A stretch of DNA of 64,000 nucleotides. Origin: an uncultured Chloroflexia bacterium (GTDB lineage Bacteria > Chloroflexota > Limnocylindria > Limnocylindrales > CSP1-4). A program made the position numbers and the translations under genes. The stretch is from the NCBI GenBank assembly GCA_963749705.1, contig CAVVNQ010000008.1:96001-160000 (forward strand), given 5' to 3'. Of this stretch, positions 27,275-38,098 are shown piece after piece. A model generated the notes under the pieces. That model saw only the letters and a program-made list of their open reading frames with translations, did not search any database and was not told the DNA's origin. Numbering within the stretch: position 1 is the stretch's first letter; every line of letters starts with the position of its first letter.

Positions 27275-27886
27275 CTATGCGGCCGTCGGCCGGCGGGTCA
27301 TCGAGATCCGGAGGTTGTAGCCGACCGCCGTGAGGCCGAGGATCCCGATCAGGGCGGCCGAGATGTAGCACAGCGGCAGGGCAAGGTCCGGGTTCTGCGA
27401 CGTGACGAGGAGCGGCACGACCTGACCGGTCAGGTTGCCGCTGAGCAGGGTCATCTGGGTGCCGAAGAAGTACGGGATGATGTACAGCGCCGCGCCCAAC
27501 CCGATCAGCGACACCTCGAGCTGCGTCCAGCGCACATTTCCGTCGCTCTTCCCCACGAGCTTGATCATCAGGGCGGCAAACGCGCACACGGCCGCGAGCC
27601 CGCCCGTGATCGGCAGGTCCTGACCGGTGATGACGTCGGGGTACAGGAAGATGAAGCTGCCCAGGAACACCTGGAGCAGGATCAGGTCGCGCAGCGCAAC
27701 GTAGATGATCCACCACAGGTCCGCGCCCAGCCGGAGGGTGAACTTGCCGGTCGTGCGGACCATGTACGGCCGTGCGAGATGCAGGGCCACGGAGAGGATC
27801 CACAGGATCACGAGCGCCGCGGCGATCGTGCCCTCGACGAACCCTTCTCCGGCGTCGAAGAAGCCTGAGACCTGGTCTGCGGTCAC
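27275..27886 (-). CDS. Uncharacterised polytopic membrane protein A
   Basis: C-terminal part of the long 27275-30694 ORF; GTG 27886 overlaps flavoprotein TGA with GGAGG SD; LHLARPY..TLRLGADLWW..Y..RD..LPIT..YIIP. Confidence 0.88.
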   Translation of the reverse strand: MTADQVSGFFDAGEGFVEGTIAAALVILWILSVALHLARPYMVRTTGKFTLRLGADLWWIIYVALRDLILLQVFLGSFIFLYPDVITGQDLPITGGLAAVCAFAALMIKLVGKSDGNVRWTQLEVSLIGLGAALYIIPYFFGTQMTLLSGNLTGQVVPLLVTSQNPDLALPLCYISAALIGILGLTAVGYNLRISMTRRPTAA

Positions 27887-29892
27887 TGAACACCTCCATT
27901 CGAGGGCTGGGCGGCGGCCGCGGCCGCCGGTGTGGCCACCGCCGCGGTGGCCGGGATTGGCTGAGGCCGGCCGTCGGTCGGTCCGCGACCGGTGAGGACG
28001 CTGACCGAGGGGCATCCGTACACGGCGTCGCAGCGGAAGCAGCGGGCCGCCTCGGACCGGGCGTCGGCCTCGGCGAACCCGGCTGCCATGGCCCGGAACG
28101 TCGCCGTGTCCACTACGGGCAGCGGGGCGTGGGCGCGAGCGCGCGACGCCAGGTCGAGCGACAGCGCCGGCTCGCGCGGCGTGCGGTAGCGGACGGTCGC
28201 GAAGATCTCGGCCTCGCCGTCGGTCGCGCCGGCGAGGTACTCGTGGATCGAGGCCGCGGCCCGCCGTCCGGCAGCGACGGCCTCGATGATGGTCTTGGGT
28301 CCGGAGACGACGTCGCCACCGGCGAAGATCCCGGCACGGCCGGTCGCGAGGGTCCGCGGGTCGGCGACGATGCCGGCCCAGCCGCTGACCTCGATCCCGG
28401 CGCCCTCGGGGAGGATCGACGGGTCCGGCTCCTCGCCGATCGCGACCAGGATCGCGGACACGGGCAGCTCGCGGGTCTCGCCCGTGGCGACCCACGTCGT
28501 GCGTCCGGCACCGTCGGCATCGGCGGCCGGCTGCATGATGTCGCAGCGCATGGCGACCACCGCACCGTCGCGGCCGACGACCTCGCTGGGCGCCATGCCC
28601 TCGAGGATCGTGATCCCCTCGCGCTCGGCCTCGACGATCTCCTCCGCCTGGGCCGGCATGTCCCGGCGACCGCGTCGATAGACGACGGTGACGGTCGTTG
28701 CGCCGCTGCGCGTCGCGGAGCGGGCAGCGTCCATCGCGGTGCTGCCACCGCCGACGACGATCACGTCGCCCGCGAGGGTGGGATGCTCGCCGAGGTTGAC
28801 CTCCTTGAGGAAGCGGGTCGCCGGGATCACGCCACGGAGGCTGTCGCCCGGGACGCCGAGGCGGCGGCTCTTGGAGGCCCCGGTGGCGAGGAAGATCGCG
28901 CGGAACCCCTCGCGCTCGAGGTCCGGCAGGCTGAAGTCGCGGCCCATCGCCGTGTCCAGCCGCAGCTCGACGCCGAGGTTGACGATGCGGGCGATCTCCT
29001 CCTGGAGCACCTCCCGGGGCAGCCGGTACTCGGGGATCCCGATCGCCATCATGCCGCCCGGAATGGGCATCGCCTCGAGGACGGTGACCGGGTAGCCGAG
29101 ACGGGCGAGGTAGTAGGCCGCCGACATGCCGGCCGGGCCGCCGCCCACGATCGCGACCTTCTCGGGGCGCTTCAGCGAGGGCTTGGGGACCGTGGGCAGC
29201 CTGCCGTGCTCGGCCGCGAAGCGCTTGATGGTCCGGATCGCGATCGGCTCGTCGAGCACGCCCCGGCGGCAGGCCGCCTCGCACGGCGCGGTGCAGATCC
29301 AGCCGCACACCGACGGGAACGGGTTGACCTCGGCCGCAACGGCGTAGGCGTCGTCGTACCGGCCGGCGGCCACCAGGCCGACGTAGCGACCGGCGTCGGT
29401 CCCTGCGGGGCAGGCTTCCTGGCACGGCGCGATGGGGGTTGCCGGTGGCTCGTCCACCATCGTGGTCCAGGTCTGCCACGGCTTGGGCCGCGAGCGGGTC
29501 GTCCAGGTGAACAGGTCGCCCCATGGCGAGTCGTGCCGGGGCTTGAGGGCTTCGCGCGTGACCTCGGACAGGGGCTGCCAGGCGCCTTCGGCCGCGATCG
29601 GCGAGGGGCGCTCGATGGGGCCCTGGCGGGGCTGGAGCGGGACCTCGCCGGCGAGCGTGACCAGGGACATGACGTTTGGCGGGCACTCGCGGATGCAGAT
29701 GCCGCAGCCGATGCACTCCCCCACCTGGAGCGGGCGCTCCATGGTCCATGGGAGCGGGAAGCCGGGTCCGGGTCCGGTCTCGATCCCGGCCGCCTGCGGG
29801 CGGCTCATGTCCAGCGCCTCGACCGGGCACACATCCATGCACACGCCGCATGTGATGCACCCGCGCTGGTCGATGTCGATGCGATAGCCCAT
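27883..29892 (-). CDS. Fe-S flavoprotein: N-terminal 2x[4Fe-4S] ferredoxin fused to GltD/NfnB-like NAD(P)H oxidoreductase
   Basis: CITCGVCMDVCP and CIGCGICIRECP; PCQEACP, CGWICTAPCEAACRR; GGGPAG (FAD), GIPEYRLP, GGGSTAMD/VYRR (NADP-type), FAGGD, EAARCFRCD. Confidence 0.92.
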   Translation of the reverse strand: MGYRIDIDQRGCITCGVCMDVCPVEALDMSRPQAAGIETGPGPGFPLPWTMERPLQVGECIGCGICIRECPPNVMSLVTLAGEVPLQPRQGPIERPSPIAAEGAWQPLSEVTREALKPRHDSPWGDLFTWTTRSRPKPWQTWTTMVDEPPATPIAPCQEACPAGTDAGRYVGLVAAGRYDDAYAVAAEVNPFPSVCGWICTAPCEAACRRGVLDEPIAIRTIKRFAAEHGRLPTVPKPSLKRPEKVAIVGGGPAGMSAAYYLARLGYPVTVLEAMPIPGGMMAIGIPEYRLPREVLQEEIARIVNLGVELRLDTAMGRDFSLPDLEREGFRAIFLATGASKSRRLGVPGDSLRGVIPATRFLKEVNLGEHPTLAGDVIVVGGGSTAMDAARSATRSGATTVTVVYRRGRRDMPAQAEEIVEAEREGITILEGMAPSEVVGRDGAVVAMRCDIMQPAADADGAGRTTWVATGETRELPVSAILVAIGEEPDPSILPEGAGIEVSGWAGIVADPRTLATGRAGIFAGGDVVSGPKTIIEAVAAGRRAAASIHEYLAGATDGEAEIFATVRYRTPREPALSLDLASRARAHAPLPVVDTATFRAMAAGFAEADARSEAARCFRCDAVYGCPSVSVLTGRGPTDGRPQPIPATAAVATPAAAAAAQPSNGGVQ

Positions 29893-29947
29893 ACGGCGCC
29901 TCCTTGTGGCACCACGAGCATCGGCCGATCACGCCGCGCGGACCACG

Positions 29948-29986
29948 CCCGTCCGAGCGGGTGGGCGACCTACCTGACGGGGTGGG
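29948..29986. promoter_or_regulatory. Tandem NarL/LuxR-type inverted-repeat binding sites
   Basis: CCCGTC-N6-GGTGGG (29948-29965) and CCTACC-N6-GGTGGG (29969-29986), 21 bp apart, upstream of a GATGCT -10 and AAGGAGG SD of the flavoprotein gene. Confidence 0.6.
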
Positions 29987-30108
29987 GTCGGGGTGCCGCT
30001 CGGCCCGGGTCCGGTGGCCCTCCCGGTCCGCGGCCGGGTTCGCATCGAACGGGCCGTCCTGCGGTCGACCTCCGGCCGGCGCCCGTGCACCCAGGCCGGG
30101 GGCCCGGG

Positions 30109-30759
30109 TCAGCCGTCGGTGACGAGACCCTCGCGAACGGCCCGCGCCACCATCTCGGTCCGGCTCTGGGCATGCAGCTTGTCCAGGATGTTGCGCAGGT
30201 GGAACTTGACCGTGTTCTCGGAGATGCCGAGCTCCGCGGCGATCTCCTTGTTGCGCAGCCCCGCGACGACCTGGCGGAGCACGTCCATCTCGCGGTCGGT
30301 GAGGTCGTCCGGCCCGTGCGGCTCGGGCTCGGCGACCGGGACCTCGGGGCGGGCGAGCTCGGTGAGGATGCGACCCGCGATCGACGGGGTGATCGCCGCC
30401 TCGCCACGTCCCACGGCCTCGAGCATGCCGCGAAGGTCGGCCGAGTCGAGGTTCTTGAGCAGGTACCCGCGCGCGCCGGCCTTGATGGCCGCGAACAGGT
30501 CGTCGATGTCCTCGCTGGCGGTGAGCATCACGATCGCGACCTGCGGGGCGGCGGCCGCGATCCGGCGGGTGGCCTCCATGCCGCCGCCGCCGGGCATCGA
30601 GACGTCCATCAGGACGAGATCGGGGTGGAGCGCGACGGCCATGTCGACCGCGGACGCGCCGTCGGACGCCTGGCCCACGACCTCGTGGCCCCACGCCCCG
30701 AGCAGCGACGCGACGCCGTCGCGGAACAGTGCGTGATCGTCGGCGAGCAGGATCCGCAT
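30109..30759 (-). CDS. NarL/LuxR family response regulator
   Basis: [49 protein letters not shown]. Confidence 0.97.
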   Translation of the reverse strand: MRILLADDHALFRDGVASLLGAWGHEVVGQASDGASAVDMAVALHPDLVLMDVSMPGGGGMEATRRIAAAAPQVAIVMLTASEDIDDLFAAIKAGARGYLLKNLDSADLRGMLEAVGRGEAAITPSIAGRILTELARPEVPVAEPEPHGPDDLTDREMDVLRQVVAGLRNKEIAAELGISENTVKFHLRNILDKLHAQSRTEMVARAVREGLVTDG

Positions 30760-30762
30760 CCC

Positions 30763-32235
30763 CTACCTCGCGCCCTTTCCGGCCCGCGCCGCGGCCGGCG
30801 TTGCGGGCGGTGTCGGCGGCGACGGCGGCAGCGCCCCGCGCTCGTGGCCCGCCAGCGGGAGCGACAGGCTGACCACGACGCCGCCACGCCAGCCGTTGGC
30901 GATGTCGAGGGTCGCCCCGATCGCCTGCGCCCGCTCGTGCATCGAGCGCAGGCCGTAGCGCGGCACGTCGGAGGTGGGTGGATCGGCGCTCAGACCGCGG
31001 CCGTCGTCGTCGATCGAGATCGCGAGCCGGCCGTCGTCGACCGCCATCGTCAGCCGGACGCGCCGGGCCGCCGCGTGCTTGCGCACGTTCGTGAACGCCT
31101 CCTGGACGATCCGGTAGACCTGGGCTTCCGTCTCGCCATCGAGGCGGAGATCGCGCAGCGACGACGGGATGTCCGCGTCCAGCGCGAACCCGGAGTCGGC
31201 CGCCACGCGCCGGGCGTGGGCCTCGACCGCGGCACCCAGCCCGAGGCCCGGCTCGATCGGGCTCCGGAGGCCGAGGATCGCCTCGCGAACGTCGACGTAC
31301 ACGGCGCGTGCAGCCGAGCCGAGCTGCACGACCTGTGCGCGCGCCTCGTCGACGCGGCCACCCGCGAGGTATTCGTCGATCGCCTGGGACTTGGTGTTGA
31401 CGTAGCCCAGGACCTGCGCGATGCCGTCGTGCAGCTCGCGCGCGATCCGCTCGCGCTCCTCGACCACCGCCAGCTCGCGGAGGCGTGCCTCGAGCCGCGC
31501 GTGCTCCAGCGCGATCGTCGCCTGGTTGGCGAGCGACGCGAGCGTCTCGACCTCGTCGGCATCGAACCCGCGCGGGACCCGGGCACCGATCGCGAGCAGC
31601 CCGATGGTCTGGCCGCCGCGCTGGAGCGGCGCCGACAGCCGGACCACGGCCACGCCCGGCGTCACGAACGGGAGGATCGCGTCGGCGGGGTTCGGGTCCG
31701 GGCCGTCACCGGACGGGAGGCGGGCCGCGGTTGCGCCTGGGGTCGCCGTGGTCGCGCCGGGGGTCGCCGTCGCGCGCGGGCCCGCGTGGGCCGCGTCCGC
31801 GAGCGTTCCGTGGGCTCCGTCGGCGGCGCGGAGCTCGAGCCGTCCGTCGGCGCCCTCGAGCAGCAGCACCGCCACGTCTGCGGCGAGGAGCTCGCGGGCG
31901 TGCGCGACGACGGCCTGGAGCACGTCATCCACGTCGGTCAGCGCCGCGATCGCCACGCTCACGCGATGGAGGGCACGAGCGGACGCCCCCCGTGCCTCGA
32001 GCTCCACGTTGCGCGCGCGAAGGGTCCCGGTCAGGGCGTCGATCTGCCGGAACGCGACCATCCCGAACCCGATCCCGATGACCAGGACGGCGAGGGTGAC
32101 CGCGAGCGTGTCGAGCGGGAACTTGAGCGTCTCGTCGAGCACCGTGTCGCTGAGCAGCTCGAGCACGGCAACGACCAGCGCGGGCAGCAGGACGGCGAGC
32201 CAGCGAAGGCGGATGGATCGAGCCGGACGGGCCAC
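30763..32235 (-). CDS. Sensor histidine kinase (2 TM, GAF, HisKA_3, HATPase)
   Basis: EERERIARELHDGIAQ, RIVQEAFTNVRKHA, DDDGRG, GLRSMHERA; GAF segment upstream. Confidence 0.95.
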   Translation of the reverse strand: MARPARSIRLRWLAVLLPALVVAVLELLSDTVLDETLKFPLDTLAVTLAVLVIGIGFGMVAFRQIDALTGTLRARNVELEARGASARALHRVSVAIAALTDVDDVLQAVVAHARELLAADVAVLLLEGADGRLELRAADGAHGTLADAAHAGPRATATPGATTATPGATAARLPSGDGPDPNPADAILPFVTPGVAVVRLSAPLQRGGQTIGLLAIGARVPRGFDADEVETLASLANQATIALEHARLEARLRELAVVEERERIARELHDGIAQVLGYVNTKSQAIDEYLAGGRVDEARAQVVQLGSAARAVYVDVREAILGLRSPIEPGLGLGAAVEAHARRVAADSGFALDADIPSSLRDLRLDGETEAQVYRIVQEAFTNVRKHAAARRVRLTMAVDDGRLAISIDDDGRGLSADPPTSDVPRYGLRSMHERAQAIGATLDIANGWRGGVVVSLSLPLAGHERGALPPSPPTPPATPAAARAGKGAR

Positions 32236-32303
32236 GCGATGGGCTCCATCGAGGCCGGCCGGGGCAGCCGGGTCCGCACGAGCATAGCCCGCGACGGATG
32301 GGA

Positions 32304-33071
32304 CTACCCGGGCTGGCACCCGGGGCACCAGAACGTGAGGCGCGGGAGCTGCAATCCCTGGTGCTCGACACGGATCAGCGTCCCGCATCGCGGGCATGGC
32401 CGGCCGGCGCGGCGGTAGACGTCCCGCGGCCGGCGCCCGGTCGCCGCACCGTCGCGGAGGATCTCCCGGGCGCGTCCGACGAGGCGGCCGAGCGTGTCGT
32501 CGTCGGTGTCGCGAACCGTCCGCCACGGCGACACCTTCGCCTCCCACAGCACCTGGCACTTGACCTCGTTGCCGATGCCCGCCAGCGCATGCTGGTCGAG
32601 CAGGGCCTCCGCGATCGATCGATCCGACCGCGCCGGATCGCGCAACCGCCGGAGCGCCTCGCCGGCATCGAACGGTTCCCGCAGCAGGTCGGGGCCAAGG
32701 CGGGACAGACCCGGGTTGAGTCCCTCGGTCCGCTGCTCGAACAGCTCCACCGTCGGGGCGTCGAAGCACACCGCGACCGATCCCGGAACCTCGATCACCA
32801 GGCGTGCCCGGGCGGCCGGACGCCGCCAGCGCTCACCCGGGCGGTACCGGTGCCACGAGCCGTGCATCCGGAGATGGGTCCGGACCTCGAGCCCGTTGTC
32901 GAACCGGATCAGCAGGTTCTTGCCGGCGGCTTCGACCCCGGTGACGGTGGCGCCGACCAGCCGTCCGGCCTGCGGTCCCGGCTGGCGCGCGGTCGCGGCG
33001 GTCACGGTGCGCCCGAGCAGGTACGGCCGAAGCCCGTCGGCGGTGCGGACGAGCGTGTCACCCTCGGGCAT
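32304..33071 (-). CDS. nei: Fpg/Nei family DNA glycosylase/AP lyase
   Basis: MPEGD N-terminus, GKNLL, HLRMHGSW, LLDQHALAGIGN (H2TH), CPRC..CPGCQ zinc finger. Confidence 0.95.
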   Translation of the reverse strand: MPEGDTLVRTADGLRPYLLGRTVTAATARQPGPQAGRLVGATVTGVEAAGKNLLIRFDNGLEVRTHLRMHGSWHRYRPGERWRRPAARARLVIEVPGSVAVCFDAPTVELFEQRTEGLNPGLSRLGPDLLREPFDAGEALRRLRDPARSDRSIAEALLDQHALAGIGNEVKCQVLWEAKVSPWRTVRDTDDDTLGRLVGRAREILRDGAATGRRPRDVYRRAGRPCPRCGTLIRVEHQGLQLPRLTFWCPGCQPG

Positions 33072-33087
33072 CTGCTCGGGCTCCCGG

Positions 33088-36000
33088 CTACGCCTGCGCG
33101 ACGGCCCGGCGCGGACGGAGCGCGTAGCCCCGATAGCCGGGCACGAAGCCCGCGCCCAGCAGGGCGGCGCCGAACCGGGATGCTGCCACCGGCTCGCCGT
33201 CGACCCTGGCGATGAGCAGCTCGCGCACCCGGCCGTCAGCGACCAGGTCGCCCAGGGCCCGGAGCGCCGCCGCCAGGACGGCCGGATCCTCGGCGGCGGG
33301 CAGGGCCTGGATCGATGTCCCGCCGCGGTCGAGGTAGAGCACTGCGGCCCCGTCGACGAGCGCGACGTACGCGCCCGCGGCGCGCTGGAGCGGTCGCCGG
33401 TCATGGTCGCCACGCCGCGGCCACGGCAGCGCCGCGCCGTACGGGTTCGCCGGATCCGCCGCCGCGAGCAGGTGGACGACCCAGCCGTGCTCGCCCTCGA
33501 GCTCACCGGGCTGGTCGCGCAGCGCGCGCAGCCGGTCCACGGCACCCGGCAGCGCGAACTGCGCCGCACCAAGGCCGTCCACGAAGTAGCCGCGCCGGAT
33601 CCGGCCGGCCTCCTCCATCGCCCGCAGGACCGGGTAGACGGCGCTGAACCCGCCGTCCACCGCCTCGCCCGCGACCGCCTCGCGGGTCAGGACGCCGTGG
33701 CGCTCGAGGAGCACCAGCGCCTGGGCATGGATCCGCTCGGTGCGCGACGGGGTGACGGGTGCGGTGGCTCCATCGCCCGCGCCTTCCTCGCCGTCCGCAG
33801 CCTCGGCCATCGGAGACACGAGCGACCAGCGACCGGCGGCCTCGGGCGGTCCCAGGGCGGTGAGCCGGCCGGCGCGCGGCCGGTGGTCCTTCGCGGGACG
33901 CTTCCAGCGCAGCGCGCGGAGCGGCGCGAACGTGTCGTTGGTGACCTCGCCGGCCCAGACGAGATCCCACAGGGCATCGAGCACCTCGCGATCCGGCCGA
34001 CCGCCGGCCGCAGCGAACAGCTCCCGGTAGAAGCTCGCGCCGCGGCGGCGCAGGTGGGCCCGGATCCGCTCGTGGAGGTCCGTGGCCGGGCGTTCGATGC
34101 CGTCCGGTGCGTCGTCCGGTCGCAGGACCTCGCGACCCGGCCGGTACAGCACCACCCGCCCGTCGTCCCGGCCAAGGCTCCCCCGCCCCACCCAGGCGAC
34201 CTCGCCCATGGCGCCCAGCTCGTCGAGCAGCCGCGGCTGGTAGCCGGGGATCCTCGCCGGGAGGACGTCGCGCTCGAGGACGGATGCCGGGATGGGCAGG
34301 CCGGCCAGCTGGTCGACGACGGCGGCGAGGCGTTCCAGCGCCGCCGGGCCTCGGAACGATGGCTGGGCACTCCCCGCCGACGACGGCGAGGGGGCGACGC
34401 CGTGCCACGCGGGCAGGAACCGGGCGAGCGTCACCGGATCGACCGGCTCCACCTCGCGCCGCAGCTTCGCCAGCGAGCGACGGCGGAGCAGGCGGAGGAC
34501 CTCTGCGTCGCAGTACTCGCGCTCGGCACCGCCCGGCCGGAACTCGCCGCTGAGCAGGGATCCGGCCGCGACCAGGCGGTGCAGCGCATCCTCGACGGCC
34601 GCGGCCGGCAGCCCCCAGCGGCGGGCCGGGTCCTGGCCCAGGAACGGGCCGTGGGTTCTCGCGTAGCGGGCGAGCAGGCCGTCCAGCGCCGCGGTCAACG
34701 GCCCGAGGAACGCCTGCGGGACCCCCGGTGGCGCCGACACGCCCACGCCGTCGCGATAGCGCGCGACGTCGTCCATCGCGATCCAGCGCTCCTCGCCGCC
34801 GATCCTGGCCCGAACCGCGCGCCGCGACGCCGCCAGCTCGGCCAGGTGGAGCGAGGCCTCGACCCGCCCGCCCGCGGTCCGCGCGCCGACCTCGTCGAGC
34901 GACAGGTCGCCCAGCCGCCGGAGCAGGTCGTGGACATGATCCGGGCTGTCGGCGAGCCGCTCTGCGACCAGCGCCTGGAGGCTCAGCTCGAGGTCCGCGA
35001 GCGCGTCGGTGTCGAGCAGCTCGCGCAGCTCCTCCTGGCCCAGCAGCTCGCGCAGCAGGTCGCGGTCGAGGGTCAGCGCCTGCGCCCGCCGCTCGGCGAT
35101 CGGGGCGTCGCCGTCGTACATGTAGGCGGCCACGTAGTCGAACAGGAGCGAGCTCGCGAACGCCGAGGCGCGGACGGTCTCGACCGAATGGACTGCCAGG
35201 TCGCGCCGCCGCACGCCGTCCAGGATCTCCCGGAGGGCGGGCAGGTCGAACACGTCGGCCAGGCACTCTCGGTACGTCTCGACCAGGATCGGGAAGCTGC
35301 CATATCGGCTGGCCACGGCGAGCAGGTCCGCCGAACGCTGGCGCTGCTGCCACAGCGGGGTCCTCGTACCCGGCCGGCGACGGGGCAGCAGCAGCGCCCG
35401 GCCGGCGTTCTCGCGGAACCGGCTGGCGAACAGGCTCGACTGCCCCACCCGCCCGACGACCAGGTCCTCGACCTCCTCGGGATCCGGGAACAGCAGCGCC
35501 TCGACGCCGTCGAGCGTGGCGTCGCCCTCGGGCAGCCGGATGGCGATCCCGTCGTCGGACCAGATCGTCTGGACCTCGAGCCCCAGCCGCTCCTGGATCC
35601 TGGCCTCGATCGCCATCGTCCACGGGGCGTGGACGCGACCACCGAACGGGCACAGGATCACGAGCCGCCAGTCGCCCAGCTCGTCGCGGAAGCGCTCGAT
35701 GACGATCCGCCGGTCCGTGGGCAAGGCGCCGGTCGCCGTTCGCTCGTCCTCGATGTAGGCGACCAGGTTCTCGGCCGCAAGCTCGTCCAGGTCGTGGTCG
35801 CGGCGCAGCCGATCCGTCGCCCTCGCCCGGCCCCGTGCCCCCTTCGCCAGGTCGCCCTCGACCTCGCGCACGAAGGCGCCGATCTGGCGGCCCAGCTCGA
35901 CCGGCCGGCCCACGCTGTCGCCCTTCCAGAACGGCAGCTTGCCGGGAATGCCCGGGGCCGGCGTCACGGTGACCCGGTTGGCCGAGATCTCCGCCACCCG

Positions 36001-37745
36001 CCAGCTGCTGGCGCCGAGGACGATGACATCGCCGTGCATCCCGGCGCGCAGCTCGTAGACCATCTCCTCGTCGAGCTCGCCGACCCGCCGCCCGGTCGTG
36101 CCCGGCTCCCCCTCGAGGAACACCGGGTACAGCCCGCGGTCCGGGATGGTGCCGCCGCTGGTCACGGCCACGACGCGCGCGTCGCGCCGCCCCTCGACCA
36201 CGTCCGTCAGGCGGTCCCACACGATCCGCGGCTTGAGCTCCGCGAACTCGTCGCTCGGGTAGGCGCCGGCGAGCATGCCCAGCACGCCCTCGAGCGCCTC
36301 GCCGGGCGAGGGTCTCGAACGGTGCCGCGCGGCGCACGGTCTCGAGCAGCTCGTCCACGGTGAACCGCTCCGCGACGGTCATCGCGACGATCTGCTGGGC
36401 GAGCACATCCAGCGGGTTGCGCGGCATGCGTTGTCGTCTCGATCGCGCCGTCGTGCATGCCCTTGACGACCACGGCCGTCTCGAGCAGGTCGCCGCGGTA
36501 CTTGGGGAAGATCACGCCCTTGCTGGGCTCGCCGACGTGGTGGCCCGCGCGCCCGATCCGCTGGAGGCCGCGGGCGACCGAGGTTGGGCTCTCGACCTGG
36601 ATCACGAGGTCGACGGCGCCCATGTCGATGCCCAGCTCGAGGCTGCTGGTCGCGATCAGCGCCGGCAGGCGGCCCGCCTTGAGCTCCTCCTCGATCTCGA
36701 GGCGCTGCTCGCGGGCGATGCTGCCGTGGTGGGCCCGGACGAGGTCTTCGCCGGCGAGGTCGTTGAGCCGCTGGGCGAGCCGCTCCGCAAGCCGCCGGCT
36801 GTTGACGAACACGATCGTGCTGCGATGCTGCCGGATCAGGTCCAGGATCCGGGGGTGGATCGCGGGCCAGATGCTCGTGCGCGCCTCGCCGCCCAGCACC
36901 GGGCCGCCCGGCTGGTCCTCCGGAGGGAGCGCCTCGCCGATGCGCGCCATGTCCTCCACCGGGACGACGACCTGGAGCTCGAGCGGCTTGCGCGCGCCGG
37001 CGTCGACGATGGTGACCTCACGACCCTCGCCGATGCCGCCGAGGAACCGGCCGATGGTCTCGAGCGGGCGCTGGGTGGCGCTGAGGCCGATCCGCTGGAG
37101 GGGCGGCGCACCGGCGGCCGAGCCGGCGCTCTGGCCGGCCGGCTGTCGCAGCCGTTCGAGGCGCTCCAGGCTGAGCGCGAGATGGGCGCCGCGCTTCGTG
37201 CCGGCGATCGCGTGAACCTCGTCCACGATCACGTGCTCGACGCCACGGAGGATCTCGCGCGCCTGGCTGGTGAGCAGGAGGTACAGGCTCTCGGGCGTGG
37301 TCACGAGGATGTCCGGGGGATGCCTGACCAGGTCGCGGCGGGCGTCCGCGGGGGTGTCGCCGGTCCGCGCCGCCACCGTGATGCGCGGAGGCTCATCGCC
37401 CAGCCGCTGCGCCTCGAGCGCGATCCCGGCCAGAGGGGCCCGCAGGTTGCGCTCCACGTCGTAGGTCAGCGCCTTCAACGGGGAGACGTACAGCACGCGG
37501 ACCGTGCCCGGCTGCTCCCGGGTCGGGGCCGGGCGTGGCTGCTCGACCAGCCGGTCCAGGCACCACAGGAACGCTGCCAGCGTCTTGCCGCTGCCGGTCG
37601 GTGCGTGGATCAGCGTGTTGTGGCCTCGGGCGATGGCCGCCCAACCCTCGGACTGCGCCTGGGTGGGCGCCTCGAACGTCGCTTCGAACCAGGCCCGCAC
37701 GGCGGGCCCGAAGGGCGCGAGCGGATCGGCGACGAGCGCGGCCAC
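33088..37745 (-). CDS. lhr: Lhr family ATP-dependent DNA helicase, interrupted by two +1 frameshifts (about 36431 and 36302)
   Basis: APTGSGKTLAAF, DEVH, SATQRP, HHGS, SSLELGID, QRIGRAGH; continues PRNPLDVLAQQ, SGGTIPDRG, WQQRQR, RRGYFVDGLGAAQFA across three frames. Confidence 0.92.
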
Positions 37746-37777
37746 GGAACCGCGAGTATAGGCTCGGCGAGCCATTT

Positions 37778-37791
37778 CGTACAGATGTTCG
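37778..37791. promoter_or_regulatory. LexA/SOS-like box upstream of lhr-nei
   Basis: Minus strand CGAAC-atct-GTACG, one mismatch to the Gram-positive/Chloroflexi-type GAAC-N4-GTTC; lies at the -35 position of a TATACT -10 (37755-37760). Confidence 0.68.
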
Positions 37792-37856
37792 GTTGCGCCG
37801 TCGGTTGCGCCGCTCTCCGGCGGACGACGATCGCTCACGTCGCTCGGCGTGTGACC

Positions 37857-38035
37857 GGAATCGACCAAATCGCTCCATCTGAGCGGCTCGTCGGCCGGAC
37901 GCGGGCCCTGCGCCCCCCGTCCGATCCCTTCTCGTGTCTCCCGGGCACAGCGGGGACGGGATGGTGCGAGATCGGCCGCATAAGTCGCGGATATGGAGTG
38001 ATTTGGATGATCTCAGGGACAACCCGGGAATCGAC
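37857..38035 (+). ncRNA. Candidate structured RNA (about 150-nt rod) upstream of HTH-nuclease gene
   Basis: Six nested helices with several G-U pairs valid only on the plus strand; flanked by GGAATCGAC direct repeats; no family recognised. Confidence 0.45.
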
Positions 38036-38098
38036 GTCCCGAGGACGGCACCGGGAGACCGACACGCGGGGACCAACCGCGCCGGCGGGGAGGATTTC

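Noticed and set aside
31725-31775. ATPGAT repeat inside the kinase GAF region
   Set aside because: Short low-complexity loop duplication with no evidence of function
36300-36432. Programmed frameshifting or a naturally split lhr
   Set aside because: No slippery heptamer; two +1 indels 130 bp apart resemble the other error-like indels
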